20,000 nt of DNA from an uncultured virus (IMG/VR IMGVR_UViG_3300035698_030196) (lineage: Duplodnaviria > Heunggongvirae > Uroviricota > Caudoviricetes). Shown in pieces: positions 18,001 through 20,000 of this stretch. The stretch is taken from IMG/VR virus record IMGVR_UViG_3300035698_030196; one strand, given 5' to 3'. Under the pieces are notes generated by a model, which searched no databases, had not been told where the DNA came from, and saw only the letters and a program-made list of their open reading frames with translations. The translations under genes and the position numbers were made by a program. Position 1 is the first letter of the stretch, and every line of letters begins with the position of its first letter.

Positions 18001-18008
18001 CAAAGATA
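18001..18008 (-). promoter_or_regulatory. Bacteroidota-type -7 box
   Basis: Minus strand TATCTTTG; only TTAG at the 19-nt -33 position. Confidence 0.5.
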
Positions 18009-18027
18009 CTTAAATTATTTAAACAAT

Positions 18028-18678
18028 CTAATTATATTTATTATTTATTTTACATTTCTTCCAATTTCTAGTCCAATGTGTTGATGTTTGTACATGATTT
18101 GGTCTTACCCATTTCATAACATTTGTCTTAAAATCATCATCGTGAAACATATTTGCTAATCTAACAACGACACCTTCTCTTAGTCCACCAAGTTTAGAAG
18201 GTTGCTTAGATAATTTCTCTATTAGTTCCTGTAATTCTTCTTCTGTTTTAATTATACCCTTAAATAAAACTGGCACAGTTGGAATATCTAATAGGAAAGA
18301 ATATTCTTCAACGGCTTCCCATGGAATCCAAATATTATTATCCCTAATACCAAAAATATAAAAGTATGAGGTTAGATTCGAATATTCGATTGAATGAATT
18401 CCTTCCATGTTCTCACCAAAAATAAAAACATCATCATCTATATCATTTTGTATCAAGCTATGTAATTGTCTTACTTCTCTGTCCCATGGATTTCTTGTAA
18501 ATTCGGCATGAGACCTACCATAAACACCAGGTTTTGTAAAGCCAGTATTTGACCCATCTAGTTTTTCAGTTATAACAATCTCTCTGCCAATAAATGAATC
18601 TACTGATTTTGATATTTTATCATCACTGGTTGCCCCAGGTGAATATGGTACATGATATGTTCTTCCGTATTTAGTCAT
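18028..18678 (-). CDS. Short ATP-dependent RNA ligase family protein (nucleotidyltransferase domain only)
   Basis: KYGRTYH, motif I TEKLDGSN, FGEN, FYIFGI, VPVL, motif IV EGVVVR and KWVR. Confidence 0.85.
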   Translation of the reverse strand: MTKYGRTYHVPYSPGATSDDKISKSVDSFIGREIVITEKLDGSNTGFTKPGVYGRSHAEFTRNPWDREVRQLHSLIQNDIDDDVFIFGENMEGIHSIEYSNLTSYFYIFGIRDNNIWIPWEAVEEYSFLLDIPTVPVLFKGIIKTEEELQELIEKLSKQPSKLGGLREGVVVRLANMFHDDDFKTNVMKWVRPNHVQTSTHWTRNWKKCKINNKYN

Positions 18679-18725
18679 TTTATTTACTTCTATTTTATAA
18701 AGTATATATTATTTATATGTTTTTA

Positions 18726-18756
18726 CAAAAATAGTAAATATTTACATAAAAGCAAA
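18726..18756 (-). promoter_or_regulatory. Bacteroidota-type primary sigma promoter (-33/-7)
   Basis: Minus strand TTTG-N19-TATTTTTG upstream of the short ligase. Confidence 0.65.
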
Positions 18757-18764
18757 AAATAAAT

Positions 18765-18774
18765 TTAATATATA
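18765..18774 (+). promoter_or_regulatory. Candidate phage late promoter box TTAATATATA
   Basis: 22 nt before the ATG at 18797. Confidence 0.5.
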
Positions 18775-18796
18775 CTTTATAAAATATATTAAAAAT

Positions 18797-18949
18797 ATGG
18801 GAATAGCAGCAGAATTTATCAATGAAGGAAAAATATTAGTACTAACATTTTATTCCGAAAGCGGCGGCGGACCAGTTCCACCAACACCGGTAGATCCAAC
18901 TTTAAATGAATATGTGGATAATGATTATGTTGAAGACTATTTTGAATAG
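18797..18949 (+). CDS. 50-aa microprotein ending YVDNDYVEDYFE (absent from the ORF track)
   Basis: Hand translation: MGIAAEFINEGKILVLTFYSESGGGPVPPTPVDPTLNEYVDNDYVEDYFE. It has its own promoter box and terminator and shares its C-terminus with 19432..19677. Confidence 0.75.
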   Translation: MGIAAEFINEGKILVLTFYSESGGGPVPPTPVDPTLNEYVDNDYVEDYFE

Positions 18950-18969
18950 GAACTAATACAATATATAAT

Positions 18970-19003
18970 AAAAGCTTCTAGAATTAACTCTCTAGAAGCT
19001 TTT
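18970..19003. terminator. Bidirectional intrinsic terminator
   Basis: AAAAGCTTCTAGA-attaactc-TCTAGAAGCTTTT between convergent genes. Confidence 0.85.
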
Positions 19004-19008
19004 TATTT

Positions 19009-19347
19009 TTAATAAATTATTTTATGTTCTAATGCAGCATATACACCTTCTTCATTATAAGTTTGTATTCTAAGTGTTATTGGTAAAGTCCCGACTTTAG
19101 CATCAGTGAAGTTTTTTATTGCTATTGTTTTACAAAATGGTGCATAACCACTTCTAACTTTTATATCTATGTATAACCTAACATTTACATCATTTTTTAA
19201 ATGAATATCTAAACTCTCTAAAACTTTAAATGAGTTGATATAATCTTCAAAGTCTTCTATTGAAGTATCTAAAATTTTAGTACCTCCAGAATTTTTATCA
19301 AAATGTCTTTCTGCGAAATCTGTAATTTTTATTTTCATATATTTCAT
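19009..19347 (-). CDS. DUF3228-like protein, N-terminal half only (possible pseudogene)
   Basis: DFAERHFD...GTKI and GYAPFCK....NFTDAKVGTLPIT match my recollection of DUF3228; the later conserved motifs are missing. Confidence 0.55.
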   Translation of the reverse strand: MKYMKIKITDFAERHFDKNSGGTKILDTSIEDFEDYINSFKVLESLDIHLKNDVNVRLYIDIKVRSGYAPFCKTIAIKNFTDAKVGTLPITLRIQTYNEEGVYAALEHKIIY

Positions 19348-19359
19348 TTTAATTATCTA

Positions 19360-19390
19360 CAAATATAACAAATATTTATTAAAATACAAA
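19360..19390 (-). promoter_or_regulatory. Bacteroidota-type primary sigma promoter (-33/-7)
   Basis: Minus strand TTTG-N19-TATATTTG. Confidence 0.65.
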
Positions 19391-19398
19391 ATATGAAC

Positions 19399-19408
19399 TT
19401 AATATATA
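19399..19408 (+). promoter_or_regulatory. Candidate phage late promoter box TTAATATATA
   Basis: 23 nt before the ATG at 19432. Confidence 0.5.
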
Positions 19409-19431
19409 ATATATAAAAATAAAATAGTATT

Positions 19432-19677
19432 ATGAGTAGAAATTTAAATAGAGTATATAATGAGTTAAGAACTAAAAATCCTAATGCTACAGAAGGTCAA
19501 TTAAGACAACAAGCATGGGTTATGAATGATAGAGAAATTTTCGAATCATCATTGGGTAACTCTGGGTTAGGCTCATCTGCTGGTGGTGCAGGTGGTGGTG
19601 GAAGAATACCAAATAGTGGTGACACATCTACAAATAATTATGTAGTTGATGACTATGTTGAAGACTATTTTGAGTAA
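19432..19677 (+). CDS. 81-aa protein with a Gly/Ser linker, ending YVVDDYVEDYFE
   Basis: Helical N-terminal part, IFES, Gly-rich linker and the shared terminal tag. Confidence 0.75.
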   Translation: MSRNLNRVYNELRTKNPNATEGQLRQQAWVMNDREIFESSLGNSGLGSSAGGAGGGGRIPNSGDTSTNNYVVDDYVEDYFE

Positions 19678-19754
19678 AAAATACGATAATAATAAAGAGA
19701 AGAGAGAAACGTGAAAATGAGCTTATTATGTATTAAAAAATTAATAATATAAAT

Positions 19755-20000
19755 ATGAGTTTAGTATTAAGAGAAACAAAAGGAAGTGAATTAACTATTT
19801 CAGAAATGGATGGTAATTTAACTTATCTAGAAACATTAACTGAAACAGCAATTACAGGACCAACTGGTTCGACTGGACCAACAGGTGCAGATTCGACTGT
19901 AACAGGACCAATTGGACCAACAGGTGCAGATTCGACTGTAACAGGACCAATTGGACCAACAGGTGCTACCGGTATATTGGACCAACAGGTCCAGTCAATA
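19755..20000 (+). CDS. 3'-truncated collagen-like fibre/structural protein
   Basis: [26 protein letters not shown] followed by GPT/GPI Gly-X-Y repeats; runs off the window. Confidence 0.8.
   Translation, partial: MSLVLRETKGSELTISEMDGNLTYLETLTETAITGPTGSTGPTGADSTVTGPIGPTGADSTVTGPIGPTGATGILDQQVQSI
19875..19966 (+). repeat. 39-nt perfect tandem repeat ([13 protein letters not shown]), two copies plus a partial third
   Basis: GGACCAACAGGTGCAGATTCGACTGTAACAGGACCAATT at 19875 and 19914, partial copy at 19953. Confidence 0.9.

Noticed and set aside
448..18013. Short overlapping ORFs at 448, 1839, 3417, 8426, 9594, 11958, 13106, 13971, 17052 and 17795
   Set aside because: Each overlaps a better-supported gene on the opposite strand or in another frame and has no recognisable motif.
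19748..19755. Exact T4 late box TATAAATA before the collagen-like gene
   Set aside because: It overlaps the A of the start codon, leaving no room for a transcription start; may be chance in AT-rich DNA.
1..20000. Stop-codon reassignment as seen in some large phages
   Set aside because: Genes are intact in the standard code, and TAG at 18947 sits exactly where the related tagged protein has TAA.
1..20000. tRNA, rRNA or other structured RNA genes
   Set aside because: Intergenic gaps are short and AT-rich, and the only hairpins seen are terminator-like; a covariance-model search would be needed to exclude them fully.

Overview
Very AT-rich, gene-dense window that reads as part of a large lytic phage genome (jumbo/huge phage) using the standard genetic code. 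The host is probably Bacteroidota: three exact TTTG-N19-TAnnTTTG promoters are present. Recognisable genes are dnaK, a T4 Rnl1-like RNA ligase, a second short RNA ligase, a free-standing GIY-YIG endonuclease beside two divergent ribbon-helix-helix genes, a Mesh1/SpoT-type HD hydrolase, a class II aldolase-domain protein, an SPFH lipoprotein, a probably truncated DUF3228 gene and the start of a collagen-like fibre gene. The most striking pattern is a shared peptide, M-K-Y-L-x-K-Y/F-K-x-F-E-S. It begins about a dozen proteins, including a tandem array of seven paralogues and the Rnl1-like ligase, and a variant sits at the C-terminus of the HD hydrolase. It resembles the T4 capsid-targeting sequence, and several of these genes follow a conserved TTWATATATA box. 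My inference is a head-packaged, injected counter-defence cargo set. Two microproteins, one missed by the ORF track, share a different terminal tag (YVxxDYVEDYFE). All family calls come from motifs read by eye; no searches were run.
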